Part shown: positions 1-10,483 of the stretch, piece after piece | How positions within the stretch are numbered: position 1 is the first letter of the stretch | Layout of the letters: every line of letters starts with the position of its first letter | Source: Pirellula staleyi DSM 6068 | GTDB taxonomy: Bacteria > Planctomycetota > Planctomycetia > Pirellulales > Pirellulaceae | Reading direction: 5' to 3' | Length of the DNA stretch: 32,000 nucleotides | Assembly (NCBI GenBank): GCA_000025185.1 | Contig: CP001848.1 | Span: 4,560,001-4,592,000, forward strand | Program-made: the position numbers and the translations under genes | Notes under the pieces: generated by a model | The model's input: the letters and a program-made list of their open reading frames with translations, nothing else | Told to the model about the DNA's origin: nothing | Databases searched by the model: none

Positions 1-1
1 A

Positions 2-2056
2 GCCCATTTTCCAGCCGAAATCGCCACGAAATCACGTTTTCGCGATCCCCAGCATTGGTCGTTTCAGAAGGTCGCGCAGCCCTCGATCCCCGTTGTGGTC
101 GATCCAGCATGGCCGCAGTCTCCGATCGATCATTTCATCCTCGCTAGGCTCGAATCTCAGCAGCTTACGCCCGCCAAAACAGCCGACAAGCGAACGCTGA
201 TTCGCCGCGCCACGTTTGATCTCACGGGACTTCCTCCCACACCGGCCGAGGTCGATGCATTCCTGAGCGACGATCGCCCCGATGCATTCGCGCGACTCGT
301 GGACCGGCTTCTCGAATCGCCTGCCTATGGCGAACGTTGGGGCCGCCATTGGCTCGATGTCGCTCGCTATGCCGACTCCAACGGTCTCGATGAGAATATC
401 GCCCATGGCAATGCCTGGCGTTATCGCGATTACGTCGTCGCGTCGCTCAATGGCGACAAGCCCTATCGTCAATTTGTTCGCGAACAGTTGGCAGGCGACT
501 TGCTCCCCGCTGCTTCGGATGCTCAGCGAGCCGAGCTTTACGTGGCGACCGGATTTTTGGCGATCGGCCCCAAAGTCCTGGCCGAGCCCGATAAAACAAA
601 GATGGAAATGGACATCATCGACGAGCAGATCGACACCGTGGGGAAAGCACTTCTCGGTCTCACGCTCGGCTGTGCCCGTTGCCACGATCACAAATTCGAT
701 CCCATCGAAACAGCCGACTACTATGCCCTGGCAGGGATCTTCAAAAGTACGAAGACCATGGAGTCGCTGAAAACGATTGCCAAGTGGCATGAAAATCGGC
801 TCCCCGATTCTACATTCGAGGCGCTGAAGTCCGAGTATGATCGACAACTGAGCGAAAAGAAAAGTGCTCTCGATCAACTGATAGCTTCGGCCACGCAGCA
901 AATTCCTGAACCGGAACGCAAAGATCTGACGCCCGAGAATCTCGAGAAGAAGTTTTCCGAGGAAGTGCAGAAGCAACTGGCGGCGCTGCGTGCCGATGTG
1001 GCTGCTTTCGAAAAACAAGCTCCCGAGCCACCAGCCGCCATGGGTGTGACCGAGCAGGGGGTGGTCGATGTCAGTATCCACATTCGTGGAAGTCATCTGA
1101 AACTCGGAGACATTGTTCCGCGTCGCACACCTGTGGTCTTCACCTCAACGACAGCACCAACTTTCTCGACAAGTCAAAGTGGCCGGCTCGAACTCGCCGA
1201 CTGGATCACAGCGAGCGATCACCCACTCACCTATCGCGTGCTTGTGAATCGTGTTTGGCGGTGGCATTTTGGGAAGGGGATCGTTCGCTCGCCCGACAAC
1301 TTCGGCATGCTCGGTGAACTGCCGACACATCCAGAACTGCTCGACTGGCTCACCCAAAAGTTCATCGAGCAAGGGACGTCACTCAAATCGCTCCATCGGC
1401 TGATCATGCTGTCGAGCACCTATCAGCAGAGCAGCATCCCGAGCGACCAGACGAAGGAAAAAGACCCGGAAAACCTGCTCTGGGGCCGATTTGAAACACG
1501 ACGACTCGAAGCGGAAGCAGTGCGAGATTCGCTGCTGGCGGTCGGTGGACAACTCGACCACACTCGTGGTGGATCGCTGCTACAGGTAAAAAATCGCGAG
1601 TTCTTTTTCGACCATACTTCCAAAGACAAAACGAGTTATGCCACCCACCGGCGCTCACTTTATCTTCCGATCGTACGCAACCATGTGTACGACCTCTTTC
1701 AGCTCCTCGACTACCCCGACGCTGCTGTCACGACCGGTGATCGCGCGACAACCACCGTCGCCCCACAAGCGCTGCTGATGCTCAACAGCGATTTAGTAGC
1801 AGAAGCAAGTAGCGGTCTTGCTCAGCAGTTACTAGCGCAGGAGGCCGATACTGCGTCGCGTGTGAAACAGGCAATCGCTCGTGCTTACGCGCGGGAAGCG
1901 ACAGCTGCCGAGATCACCGCCGCAGCGCAGTTCTTAACGCGGGCTGAAGAGCTGCTGCAAGCCAAAGTCTCGGACGCCGATCTCCGGCACCAGCAAGCTT
2001 GGCAAGCTTATTGTCAAACCTTGCTCGCTGCCAACGAATTCATCTACGTGAGGTAG
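2..2056 (+). CDS. DUF1549/DUF1553 (PSCyt2/PSD1) family protein, 5' end runs off the window
   Basis: The frame is open from nt 2, with no stop before the GTG at 95 used by the ORF track. Upstream residues (..[20 protein letters not shown]..) read like the usual start of the DUF1549 domain. Motifs: [16 protein letters not shown] and [12 protein letters not shown] (CXXCH at 671-685). The C-terminal half ([41 protein letters not shown]) is typical of DUF1553. Stop TAG 2054-2056. Confidence 0.85.
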   Translation, partial: AHFPAEIATKSRFRDPQHWSFQKVAQPSIPVVVDPAWPQSPIDHFILARLESQQLTPAKTADKRTLIRRATFDLTGLPPTPAEVDAFLSDDRPDAFARLVDRLLESPAYGERWGRHWLDVARYADSNGLDENIAHGNAWRYRDYVVASLNGDKPYRQFVREQLAGDLLPAASDAQRAELYVATGFLAIGPKVLAEPDKTKMEMDIIDEQIDTVGKALLGLTLGCARCHDHKFDPIETADYYALAGIFKSTKTMESLKTIAKWHENRLPDSTFEALKSEYDRQLSEKKSALDQLIASATQQIPEPERKDLTPENLEKKFSEEVQKQLAALRADVAAFEKQAPEPPAAMGVTEQGVVDVSIHIRGSHLKLGDIVPRRTPVVFTSTTAPTFSTSQSGRLELADWITASDHPLTYRVLVNRVWRWHFGKGIVRSPDNFGMLGELPTHPELLDWLTQKFIEQGTSLKSLHRLIMLSSTYQQSSIPSDQTKEKDPENLLWGRFETRRLEAEAVRDSLLAVGGQLDHTRGGSLLQVKNREFFFDHTSKDKTSYATHRRSLYLPIVRNHVYDLFQLLDYPDAAVTTGDRATTTVAPQALLMLNSDLVAEASSGLAQQLLAQEADTASRVKQAIARAYAREATAAEITAAAQFLTRAEELLQAKVSDADLRHQQAWQAYCQTLLAANEFIYVR

Positions 2057-2058
2057 CC

Positions 2059-3468
2059 ATGCACTTTGCCCCTTACTCACGTCGCGCTTTACTTCAGCAA
2101 GCGGCTGTCGGTTTTGGCTCGCTTGCGCTTACATCCCTCTTCAGTCAGACGTTAGCCGCCACGCCCCCGGTCAATCCACTTGCCGCTCGCGAAGGACATC
2201 TTCCAGCGCGTGCTAAACGGATCATCTTTCTGTTCATGAAGGGTGGGCCTTCGCACGTCGATACCTTCGATCCCAAACCGCTGCTCGACCGCGACGATGG
2301 CAAGCCCTTTCCGTTCGACAAGCCCCGTGTGCAATTCGCCGCGACCGGGAATTTGCTGAAGTCTCCCTGGAAATTTCAGCAGCATGGGGAGAGCGGTTTA
2401 CCGGTGAGCGAACTCTTTCCCAATGTCGCCACCTGTGTCGACGATCTTTGCGTGATCAACTCGGTGCATGGGACGAACCCTGCTCACGGTGGTGCGCTCC
2501 TGAAACTCCACACCGGCAGCGATAACTTTGTGCGTCCCTCGATCGGCAGTTGGCTCAGTTATGGCCTCGGTACGGAGAATGCCGATCTGCCAGCGTTTGT
2601 AACCATCTGCCCGACACTTGCCCACGGTGGAATCAACAACTGGGGCTCGGCGTTCTTGCCAGCGGTCTATCAAGGCGTGCCGCTCGGAAACGCGAGTGTG
2701 CCGATCGAGCAAGCGCGGGTCCGATTTATCGAAAACTCGCAAATTCCTCGTGATTTACAGCAGCTGCAGCTCGAAATGCTCGGCCAGGCGAATCGCGAAC
2801 ATCAGCAGCAAAGCGGCCCCGAAGCTTCACTGGAAGCTCGGATTAATTCGTTTGAGCTCGCCTTTCGGATGCAAACGGCGATTCCCAAAGTCGAGGACCT
2901 TTCGGACGAAACTGAAGCGACTAAACAACTCTATGGGATCGACGATCCAGCAACGGCAAACTTCGGCCGGATGTGTTTGCTCGCGCGACGCTTTTCTGAG
3001 CAAGGTGTCCGCTTCATTCAGGTGACGCACAGCGACAGCAAAGTGCAGTGGGATCAACATGGCGATCTGAAAAATGGCCACGAAAAGAACGCGCGCGAAG
3101 TAGATAAACCGATCGCTGGCCTGCTGAAGGACCTCAAAGCGCGGGGGCTGCTCGAAGACACACTCGTTTGGTGGGGTGGAGAATTTGGCCGCACACCGGT
3201 TGCGGAAGGAAATAACGGCCGCGATCACAATCCCGAAGGTTTCACGATGTGGCTCGCTGGTGGCGGTGTCGAAGGTGGCACGCGCTATGGTGCCACCGAC
3301 GACTATGGCTACTTCGCAGCCGAGAACAAGGTTCACATCCACGATCTGCACGCCACCATTTTGCATCTGATGGGGCTTGACCATGAAAAACTGACCTACC
3401 GTTATGCAGGGCGAGATTTCCGGCTGACCGATGTCGAAGGAAATGTTGTGCGTGAGATCATGTCGTAA
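2059..3468 (+). CDS. DUF1501 family protein (alkaline-phosphatase/sulfatase-like superfamily), Tat-type signal
   Basis: ATG 2059 lies 2 nt after the upstream stop, with GAGG 5 nt upstream; the ORF-track start at 1999 would overlap the previous gene. N-terminus [25 protein letters not shown] is twin-arginine-like. Motifs [37 protein letters not shown] and FRLTDVEG are characteristic of DUF1501. Confidence 0.9.
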   Translation: MHFAPYSRRALLQQAAVGFGSLALTSLFSQTLAATPPVNPLAAREGHLPARAKRIIFLFMKGGPSHVDTFDPKPLLDRDDGKPFPFDKPRVQFAATGNLLKSPWKFQQHGESGLPVSELFPNVATCVDDLCVINSVHGTNPAHGGALLKLHTGSDNFVRPSIGSWLSYGLGTENADLPAFVTICPTLAHGGINNWGSAFLPAVYQGVPLGNASVPIEQARVRFIENSQIPRDLQQLQLEMLGQANREHQQQSGPEASLEARINSFELAFRMQTAIPKVEDLSDETEATKQLYGIDDPATANFGRMCLLARRFSEQGVRFIQVTHSDSKVQWDQHGDLKNGHEKNAREVDKPIAGLLKDLKARGLLEDTLVWWGGEFGRTPVAEGNNGRDHNPEGFTMWLAGGGVEGGTRYGATDDYGYFAAENKVHIHDLHATILHLMGLDHEKLTYRYAGRDFRLTDVEGNVVREIMS

Positions 3469-3822
3469 CAAGCCATGCTCTACTTTTGCGTCTCGCTGTC
3501 GATCACTCAGAGACGAGCCAAGTTGGCCAACACAAACGACGGTGCAGGCGCTGCGAGTTCCAGCTCCACTCGTCAGGTGCCACACTGACACTCTTGCCTA
3601 ACTAAAGCTGCTTCTCTCGCACCTCACCTTCGTGAAAGAGGGAGATGGTAAGCTTTTTGGCGTTGGATTCAGCGATGCATCCCATGCGCACCTTGCTCGA
3701 CAATTCGCTTCGCGTGCACTTCTTTTGGCTCTGCTTGAAACGCGAAGTAGCTCGCCTCGTCGAGAAGTAGTTCGCACTCAACTGATCTCTTACACGGCTC
3801 ACGTCGATCGACGCAACTGGCG

Positions 3823-4974
3823 CTACTGATAGAGACGCTCTTCGCGAGGAAGATCGTCCACTTTCCAAGCACTCGGCCAAATGCGAATGATGCGTGTGGG
3901 ACGAAATCCTTCGAGCAACAGCCCCGCTTTGAATTTAACACGGACACCACTTTGCCCCTCAGCAGTCGGCTCTGTACGGTCAATCGCAACAAGTGGACCC
4001 GATTTCCGATCGTTGATCTGATCCCAGGTACGGAGGTTCTCCTCCGCCACAGCAGCAGTCACACTATCGGTTGGCTGAAATGCTTCGAGCAGTTTAGGAT
4101 CGAATCCAGCGAACAGATGGACCGTCACGATGCTGTTGGCGTTATCCACTTCTTCGATCATGCCAGGGAGTCCATGATCCTTCTGATACTGCCGATGAAA
4201 CTCCAGCTGATGAGCTGTCGCGATCTCGCAGGCCGTGGAATCGAGCCAAAGGTCTTTAATGCGACCCGGGCCTTTGAGCGTGCACTGCGTCAGGTTCACC
4301 ACGATCGTTTGACCAGCCGCTAGATCGCTCGTCGCTGCGATCCCTTTTTCTTTCCAGACACGCGAGCTTGGGAGAATCTGTAGCAAAGTAGGTTTGGGGT
4401 CGGCTGTTCCAGCGGTATGACCGAGGAGCGATAGCACTCCAATCGCCAGATCGACTGACTCCACCTTCCAACTACGCGAGATCCGCTTAGCGTAGCTGAA
4501 GTCATCTTCCAGACGTAAGCAGCGATTGAACGGTGCCTCCATGCTGACGCGCTGCGGATTCGCTTCTGGCTTCGCTTTCGGATCGCGAGGAGCTGGATCT
4601 TCGAGATAAAAATAGCCATGCAAGTGCGTTCCCAGGGGAATATCACGCAGTTCCGCAGGTGCGCCGTGATAGCTGAGTGAGCCAAAAGGCAGCATCGTGA
4701 AGCGGTGCGGCAGGTCCCAGTCGCCGCGACGCTGAGCATCCGTTCGATCGGGGCGTAAGACACCGGTCCGGTTCACATGATCGACGGCAATCAGTTCACC
4801 ACCGATATAATGGGCCGATCGAAGCGGTGGGAACTCGCCAGATTTCAGCTGATACCACGCGAGAGAAGCATCTCCGCCATCGGTTCGAAACGACGGAGCC
4901 GATTCCTGACCGATCGCCGCACGCGAGCCGCAAACCATCATGCTCGCCAGTACGATCCACAGCACGCTTCGCAT
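3823..4974 (-). CDS. Secreted hypothetical protein (383 aa), no family recognised
   Basis: ATG at 4972-4974. Sec-type signal MRSVLWIVLASMMVCGSRAAIGQ. Long uninterrupted ORF 55 nt downstream of DUF1552-A on the same strand. No motif I can assign. Confidence 0.7.
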   Translation of the reverse strand: MRSVLWIVLASMMVCGSRAAIGQESAPSFRTDGGDASLAWYQLKSGEFPPLRSAHYIGGELIAVDHVNRTGVLRPDRTDAQRRGDWDLPHRFTMLPFGSLSYHGAPAELRDIPLGTHLHGYFYLEDPAPRDPKAKPEANPQRVSMEAPFNRCLRLEDDFSYAKRISRSWKVESVDLAIGVLSLLGHTAGTADPKPTLLQILPSSRVWKEKGIAATSDLAAGQTIVVNLTQCTLKGPGRIKDLWLDSTACEIATAHQLEFHRQYQKDHGLPGMIEEVDNANSIVTVHLFAGFDPKLLEAFQPTDSVTAAVAEENLRTWDQINDRKSGPLVAIDRTEPTAEGQSGVRVKFKAGLLLEGFRPTRIIRIWPSAWKVDDLPREERLYQ

Positions 4975-5029
4975 AGAGCACTCGCCTCGTCTAACTTTCG
5001 GCTAATCTGCACGCGCCCGACAAAAGGTC

Positions 5030-6406
5030 TTAAGTCAGTTCCGAGATCGGCCCGAGGCTATCGGCGAACTTCTCGACATTGACATCCATTTTATTCATCA
5101 TCGTCAGGAGCAAGTTGGTCAATCGCGCATTGGGCTCGATCGGCTTGTGGCAGATGGAGTAGTGCCCCGCTGCGTTTGTCACGTCGTACGCATTGATCTT
5201 CGGCAAGTTGTAGTCGATGTGCTGACCATGCTTCAGCCCGAGCGATTTGCCACCTGCCAAAATCGTTGGCAGGTTGGCATTCCCGTGGCTATGGCCGTAG
5301 CTCATGCCGCTGCCAAACAGCACCATCGTCCGATCGAGCAGCGACTCGTCGCCATCTTGAATCGCCTCGAGTGAATCAAGGAAATAAGCGAACTGCTGAG
5401 CGATGAACGCATCGCTGCGGCTCAGCCTCGCCATTTGTTCGGGATCGCCATTATGGTGCGACAATTCGTGGCGAGTTTGTGGTATCCCAATCTCGGGGAT
5501 CGCAAGCCCGTTGCTTTCGCTACCACTCATGTACGTGACCACACGTGTCATGTCGGTTCGCAGTGCCAACGTAATCAGATCGTACATCGTGCGGTAGTAA
5601 TCGCCCGCTTCGGTTTTTGACACATTGCGTGTCAAATTTGCGGTCGTGGGGGGATCGATTGTCGGCTTGGGAACTTGCAGCCAAGCATCGAGACGTTCGG
5701 TTCGAATCTCGACTTCACGAACACTCGACAGATACTCGTCGAGCTTGGTGCGATCTTCGCTACCGACGCTCCGTTTCAGGTTCCCGGCATCTTCGAGGAC
5801 GGTATCGAGCACACTCGCGCGACGATTGAGTCGACGCCGCTGCAAATCCACACCTCCCGCCTCGACACCAAACAAACGATTGAAGACAGTCTTGGGATTA
5901 TCTTCCGCAGGGAGTGGAACGCCATCTCGCGACCAACCCAGTGTTGTTGGCCCGCGCGAGATCGAAAGCTCCAGCGAACCAAATCGTGTGTGGGGAGCGG
6001 TGATTTCTGCCATCATCTGATCGCACGAAATCGTGTTCCGAAACGCGCCTCCCTCTTGGCTCACTTTGGCGGCTGTGAGCCAAATCTTGCCACACTCATG
6101 GGCCTGACCAAGACCATTCGGATGATAAAGTCCGCTGATCGGCGTGATGTTGGCGCGATGTTTTTCGAGCGATTGCAGCGGTTCGCTCAGTTCGTAGTCG
6201 CGTCCCGCCTTCTTAATCTGCCACGTAAGGACATTCACCCCGTTGGGAATGTAGATGAAGACACTCCGCTTCGGACGGCTCTCAGCTGACTGGGTGGCAA
6301 AAAGGGGCTTCATGCAGTTGAGCAGAGGCAAGGCGATCGTCGCGCCAGCTCCTCGCAGCAGATGACGCCGGTTAATCAACCAGTTTTGCGACAACACATG
6401 GGCCAT
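5030..6406 (-). CDS. DUF1552 (HXXSHH) family protein, copy A, Tat-type signal
   Basis: ATG 6404-6406 preceded by AAAGGA. N-terminus [18 protein letters not shown] is twin-arginine-like. HELSHH motif (..[13 protein letters not shown]..). C-terminal [24 protein letters not shown] is typical of the family. Confidence 0.85.
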   Translation of the reverse strand: MAHVLSQNWLINRRHLLRGAGATIALPLLNCMKPLFATQSAESRPKRSVFIYIPNGVNVLTWQIKKAGRDYELSEPLQSLEKHRANITPISGLYHPNGLGQAHECGKIWLTAAKVSQEGGAFRNTISCDQMMAEITAPHTRFGSLELSISRGPTTLGWSRDGVPLPAEDNPKTVFNRLFGVEAGGVDLQRRRLNRRASVLDTVLEDAGNLKRSVGSEDRTKLDEYLSSVREVEIRTERLDAWLQVPKPTIDPPTTANLTRNVSKTEAGDYYRTMYDLITLALRTDMTRVVTYMSGSESNGLAIPEIGIPQTRHELSHHNGDPEQMARLSRSDAFIAQQFAYFLDSLEAIQDGDESLLDRTMVLFGSGMSYGHSHGNANLPTILAGGKSLGLKHGQHIDYNLPKINAYDVTNAAGHYSICHKPIEPNARLTNLLLTMMNKMDVNVEKFADSLGPISELT

Positions 6407-6447
6407 CGTGAAATCCTTTCCGAAGGTTTCGTAGCTCTCGCCTGCGA

Positions 6448-8892
6448 TCAGCGTTTTTGAAATAGATCGGAGAGCACCAGATTTTGAATCACCGTTTGCA
6501 GCTTATAGTCGTCGGTTTTACTCGCCTCGGCCACCTTTTCGATCGATTCGTGATCGGCCAGTGTCATGACCCGGCGCGTGGCAAAAATGGACATCTTTTC
6601 GATGAACGTTTTGCTAAATGTATCGAGATCACTCACCAGCAGCTGCTTAAAATCTGCAGCATTAGAAAACTTGCGACCGTCGGGCAATTCACCGCTGGCA
6701 TCGACCAGTGGCATCTCTCCCTGGCCATCGCTCACCACTTCGTGGGTGCGATAGCGGCCAATGGCGTCGTAGTGATCAAAGGCAAAACCGAGCGGATCGA
6801 TCCGCCGATGACACGATGCACAACTGGCATCGCTTTTGTGAGCATCCAGCTTCATCCGCAAAGTGGCTTTAGGTTCGGTCGATGGGGTCGGTTCAATCGG
6901 TTTTACATTGGCAGGGGGAGGAGGGGGCGATTTGCCCAAAATAGATTCGAGGACCCACTTCCCACGATGCACCGGACGATGACGGGTGCCGTCGGACGTG
7001 AGACTCAGAATCGCAGCCTGAGTCAGCAAGCCACCTCGATGCTGATCTTGATTGAGCGCAACACGAACAAAGCGATCCTCGGTCGGAACAGGCATTCCAT
7101 AGTGATGCGCTAATCGTGGATTGATCATCGTCCAGTCCGACACCAGGAACTCGCGGAGCGAGAGATTCTGCTCCAGCACTTCCCGGAAGAAGGAGGTGGT
7201 CTCCCCTAGCATGCTCTGCTCGAGATGCTGATCGTAATCGGGATAGAGTGTCTTGTCGGGAGGAAACATCCCCACCATCTGCAGCTGCAGCCAGTCGCGC
7301 GGGAACTGCTCGCTGAAACGGACTCCCTTGGGATCGGCCAGCATGCGACGGACTTGCCTGGAAAGCTCGGCTGGCTCATGTAATTTTCCGGCACTCGCAA
7401 GTGCCAGTAGCTCCTCGTCGGGCATCGTGCTCCAGAGGAAGTAGGACAACCGCGAAGCAAGTTCGAAATCGCTCAGCTGCAGTTCATTCGACGCGGCATT
7501 TCCCTCGACGAGGTAAATGAAATTCTTCGAGCAGAGAATCGCCAGTAGCGACGTTTTGAAGGCGGGGAGAAACTTCTCGCCACTCGTGATCTCACTCTGA
7601 AAAATCTTGAGATAGCGCTCGACCTCTTCTTCAGTTGCTGGACGACGGAACGCGCGTGTCGCAAACTTAGCAAGTGAACTGCGGACCTGTTCCAAATCGC
7701 CACTATCGGACGGCAGATACTCGCGCTCGGCGTAGGTTGCTTCGGCACCACCGAGGGGCCCCGACCACTCAATCCAGTCGATGATCAGGAAAGGCCAAAG
7801 AGGCTCCCCTTGTTCATCGGTCAACTTGATCTGCCAAGGACGCCTCCCCTCTTTGATGCTGAAAAATGGAATGCGCGGGTCCGAGCGTCCCGAGCGCGGC
7901 AAGTTCGAGGGCCCCGGAACGTCGTTGGTCACTCGCAAATTCACATGACCGGCGGGCAGGTGTGTGGTGAATTCCACAATGATCGGTTTGTCTTCAGGAG
8001 CAATGACATCGGTTTCGAACAGCATTCGATCGAGGTCGGTGGCATAGACCGTGAGATGTGGCGCGCGGCCATTTTTGGGCTGTAGCCCGCTCAGCTGAAT
8101 GCGCACTTTGTAATCGCCCGACGCTGGTAGCGCTTGCCCTGGTCCCGGACGTCCCCCCGAGAGATCATGTCCGGGCCACATGTCGACCCGCACCTTGTCA
8201 GCAAGTCCTGCGGCTGCCAGCTCCTCGCGATTGCCACCTCCACGCAGGTCGAGGGCATCTTTCTTTTTGACAAACGGCTCAGGACGTTTCTCTGGAAAGG
8301 CTTCGTTCAGCACCGACTCGGCAGCGCCGAAATATTTTTCAATATGCGAAGGAGAGAGGGAGAGGATCGAACCGACTCGCTCAAAGCCATTCCAGATTTC
8401 ATCTTCCGCCAGTCCAGTGGGATCGGTCGCGTCAAAGCCAACTCCCAAGAGATCGCGAATCGTGTTGGCATATTCGACGCGTGTGAGTCGATTGAATGTC
8501 ACCCGTTCTCGCTTGGCAAGACGCGCAGTTTCACCTTCTTTCAGCTTCGACGAAATCCACTCCACCATTGCTGCCGCTTCTTCAGCCTTGGGTTGCGGTT
8601 CCTCTTCCGGAGGCATCTGCGCCGAGCTAATCCGCTCAAGCACCTCAGCCCATTTCATCCCAGAAGGACCATGGGCTACATCGCGCGAAAGCAGATCAAG
8701 TCGAAACTCACCTTCGTGAAGATCGGCGTTATGACAGCGGTCGCAGTGCTGCTTTAAGAAGGGTCCCAAGTGACGCTGAAACTCGGCTTCAGCAGTCGCG
8801 ACGACTGGCGACTCACCCCACGTTGCGCTGGTGACCAGCAGCAGCGCGAGAGACAAGAGGTTTCTCGCGTAATAAGTTCGGCCGATCGGCAT
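6448..8892 (-). CDS. DUF1592/DUF1595/DUF1587/DUF1588/DUF1585 (PSD/PSCyt3) multidomain protein with two CXXCH motifs, copy A
   Basis: I prefer ATG 8890-8892 ([26 protein letters not shown], Sec signal) over the ORF-track start at 9009. CDRCH at 8731-8745 and CASCH at 6808-6822, both verified by reverse-complementing the DNA. Family-typical strings: [52 protein letters not shown]. Confidence 0.85.
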   Translation of the reverse strand: MPIGRTYYARNLLSLALLLVTSATWGESPVVATAEAEFQRHLGPFLKQHCDRCHNADLHEGEFRLDLLSRDVAHGPSGMKWAEVLERISSAQMPPEEEPQPKAEEAAAMVEWISSKLKEGETARLAKRERVTFNRLTRVEYANTIRDLLGVGFDATDPTGLAEDEIWNGFERVGSILSLSPSHIEKYFGAAESVLNEAFPEKRPEPFVKKKDALDLRGGGNREELAAAGLADKVRVDMWPGHDLSGGRPGPGQALPASGDYKVRIQLSGLQPKNGRAPHLTVYATDLDRMLFETDVIAPEDKPIIVEFTTHLPAGHVNLRVTNDVPGPSNLPRSGRSDPRIPFFSIKEGRRPWQIKLTDEQGEPLWPFLIIDWIEWSGPLGGAEATYAEREYLPSDSGDLEQVRSSLAKFATRAFRRPATEEEVERYLKIFQSEITSGEKFLPAFKTSLLAILCSKNFIYLVEGNAASNELQLSDFELASRLSYFLWSTMPDEELLALASAGKLHEPAELSRQVRRMLADPKGVRFSEQFPRDWLQLQMVGMFPPDKTLYPDYDQHLEQSMLGETTSFFREVLEQNLSLREFLVSDWTMINPRLAHHYGMPVPTEDRFVRVALNQDQHRGGLLTQAAILSLTSDGTRHRPVHRGKWVLESILGKSPPPPPANVKPIEPTPSTEPKATLRMKLDAHKSDASCASCHRRIDPLGFAFDHYDAIGRYRTHEVVSDGQGEMPLVDASGELPDGRKFSNAADFKQLLVSDLDTFSKTFIEKMSIFATRRVMTLADHESIEKVAEASKTDDYKLQTVIQNLVLSDLFQKR

Positions 8893-9124
8893 GGTAGGTA
8901 CCGAAGGTGTAGGTGGGACGAAACGAAGCGGCTGCTTGAGTCGTCCGGCCAACTCATCTACCACTTCAGGCGGGTGGTGAATCGTACCATCCACCAGAGT
9001 CCCAAGCAAACCTCAAAACGAGCGCTGCGGCCTCTTAATTCACACCCCAACCAAGCAATGGCCAATAGACACCCGTTAAGAGCGATCCGGCTCACGAGTT
9101 GCTTGGCCAGCCGCTGTCGTGTTG

Positions 9125-10435
9125 TTACTTAAAGACGACTGTCTCGGGCATCGCAGCTTTCATTTTGTCGACAGACTCCCAGCTGATGCCTGTTTCGCGA
9201 ATCGTGATGTGCTTGAGATGCGTCATTTTCACGATCTCGGCGAGCGACGCATCGGTCACTTGCTTGAGCCCTCGAAGCCCGAGCTGACGCACATGCGTCA
9301 TTCGCTGCAGCACGCCACTCTCGATCCCTTGGTTATCGATCTGCCGGCAATAGCTCAGGTTCAAAGTTTCGAGCGTACGAAGCTGCGCGAGTTCACCGAG
9401 TGTCGCGTTAGAAATGTTATTGAACTCCAGGCCAATCTGCTTCAGCTGAAACGGCACTAAGTGCCGCAATCCTGGGCCATCGATCTCATTGCGTTTGAGC
9501 CCCAAGATGGTGAGCTTCGCAGGGAGCTTGAGATGCGCCAGGTCGTCGTCGGTCAGATTGCACTCCTCGAGATCGAGTTGCTCGAGCGATTCCAGACTCG
9601 CGAGGGCAGCGAGTGCATCGCTCGATAGTTTGGCATGCAGGAGCATTAACTTCTTCAGCGACTCCCACTCGCCAAGTGCGCGAATCTCATCGGCCGTGAT
9701 TTCGCGATAGCCGAGTGTGAGGTTGCTCACACGCTTGCATGCGGCCAGATGCTGAACCGCTTCGCTGGTCATTGTGGTTGAGAGAGCAATCGAGCCGAGT
9801 TTGGGCCACGACTGCAGGATGGCAAGATCCGAGGGGGCGAGCTGTGCGTCGATCAGCTGCAGCGATTCGATGGTCGCAATGTTCCGGAGCGGTTCAAGTC
9901 CCTGGACTGTGATCTTCGGACGATCGGAGCGCTGTTTCAGGAAGGGATACGACCACTGCGGCGCTCCGTACATCGACTTTTCATAGCGACTGACGGGCGC
10001 GACTGAGAACGACCGGAGCTTGGAAAACTTACGAAGAACTTGCAAACCCTCGTTGGTGATGTTGGTCTCATAGATGCTTAGGAACTGCAGATCGGAGAGT
10101 GCTACGCTTCTCGCAAAAACTTCATCGCTGACTCCTTCGCCCCAAAGTCCCAGATGAGCCAGTTGAGGCGGTTTCTCTCCATTCCATCGAAAAAACGAGA
10201 GCGACCCTTTTCGTCCCGGCACAATCCCCGCTCGCTGTAGTTCCTCCAGCGCATCGAGCATCTCGGGCGATGAAACCCACTCGGGATTGATCCCAAACGA
10301 GCCGGGCGCTTTAGTCGCTGGTTTTGCCTGGGCCCAAAGCAGCGACGCATTGGTCAGCATCCCGAGCGCAAGTAGCGTGGCGGCAATGACCAGTCGATAG
10401 ATTTGAATCAGACGGCACGAACGAGAGACGGCCAT
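9125..10435 (-). CDS. Secreted leucine-rich repeat (RNI-like LRR) protein
   Basis: ATG 10433-10435. Signal-like N-terminus (..YRLVIAATLLALGMLTNASLLWAQA). About ten repeats of roughly 24-25 aa of the L..L..L.L....I.D..L..L type, e.g. LESLEQLDLEECNLTDDDLAHLK, LTILGLKRNEIDGPGLRHL, LETLNLSYCRQIDNQGIE. Confidence 0.8.
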   Translation of the reverse strand: MAVSRSCRLIQIYRLVIAATLLALGMLTNASLLWAQAKPATKAPGSFGINPEWVSSPEMLDALEELQRAGIVPGRKGSLSFFRWNGEKPPQLAHLGLWGEGVSDEVFARSVALSDLQFLSIYETNITNEGLQVLRKFSKLRSFSVAPVSRYEKSMYGAPQWSYPFLKQRSDRPKITVQGLEPLRNIATIESLQLIDAQLAPSDLAILQSWPKLGSIALSTTMTSEAVQHLAACKRVSNLTLGYREITADEIRALGEWESLKKLMLLHAKLSSDALAALASLESLEQLDLEECNLTDDDLAHLKLPAKLTILGLKRNEIDGPGLRHLVPFQLKQIGLEFNNISNATLGELAQLRTLETLNLSYCRQIDNQGIESGVLQRMTHVRQLGLRGLKQVTDASLAEIVKMTHLKHITIRETGISWESVDKMKAAMPETVVFK

Positions 10436-10483
10436 AGATTTTCCGATGCCAGTGGTTGCTTGGATTCTGCAGAGTTCGAAGCG

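Noticed and set aside
32-1096. 354-aa minus-strand ORF antisense to the DUF1549/DUF1553 gene
   Set aside because: Shadow ORF typical of GC-rich DNA. The composition is Arg/Gly/Leu-skewed and it contains no motifs. The plus-strand frame carries unmistakable family motifs over the same bases.
2827-3591. 254-aa minus-strand ORF antisense to the DUF1501 gene
   Set aside because: Shadow ORF with no recognisable features. It overlaps a strongly supported gene.
5697-5711. GGTTCGAATC string resembling a tRNA T-arm
   Set aside because: The flanking bases cannot form a T-stem (TTCGG versus CTCGA mispair) and no acceptor or anticodon arms are evident. It lies inside the DUF1552-A coding frame.
8134-8757. 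207-aa and 179-aa plus-strand ORFs inside DUF1592-A
   Set aside because: Antisense shadow ORFs. They are Ser/Arg-rich, have no signal or motifs, and lie fully inside a motif-supported minus-strand gene.
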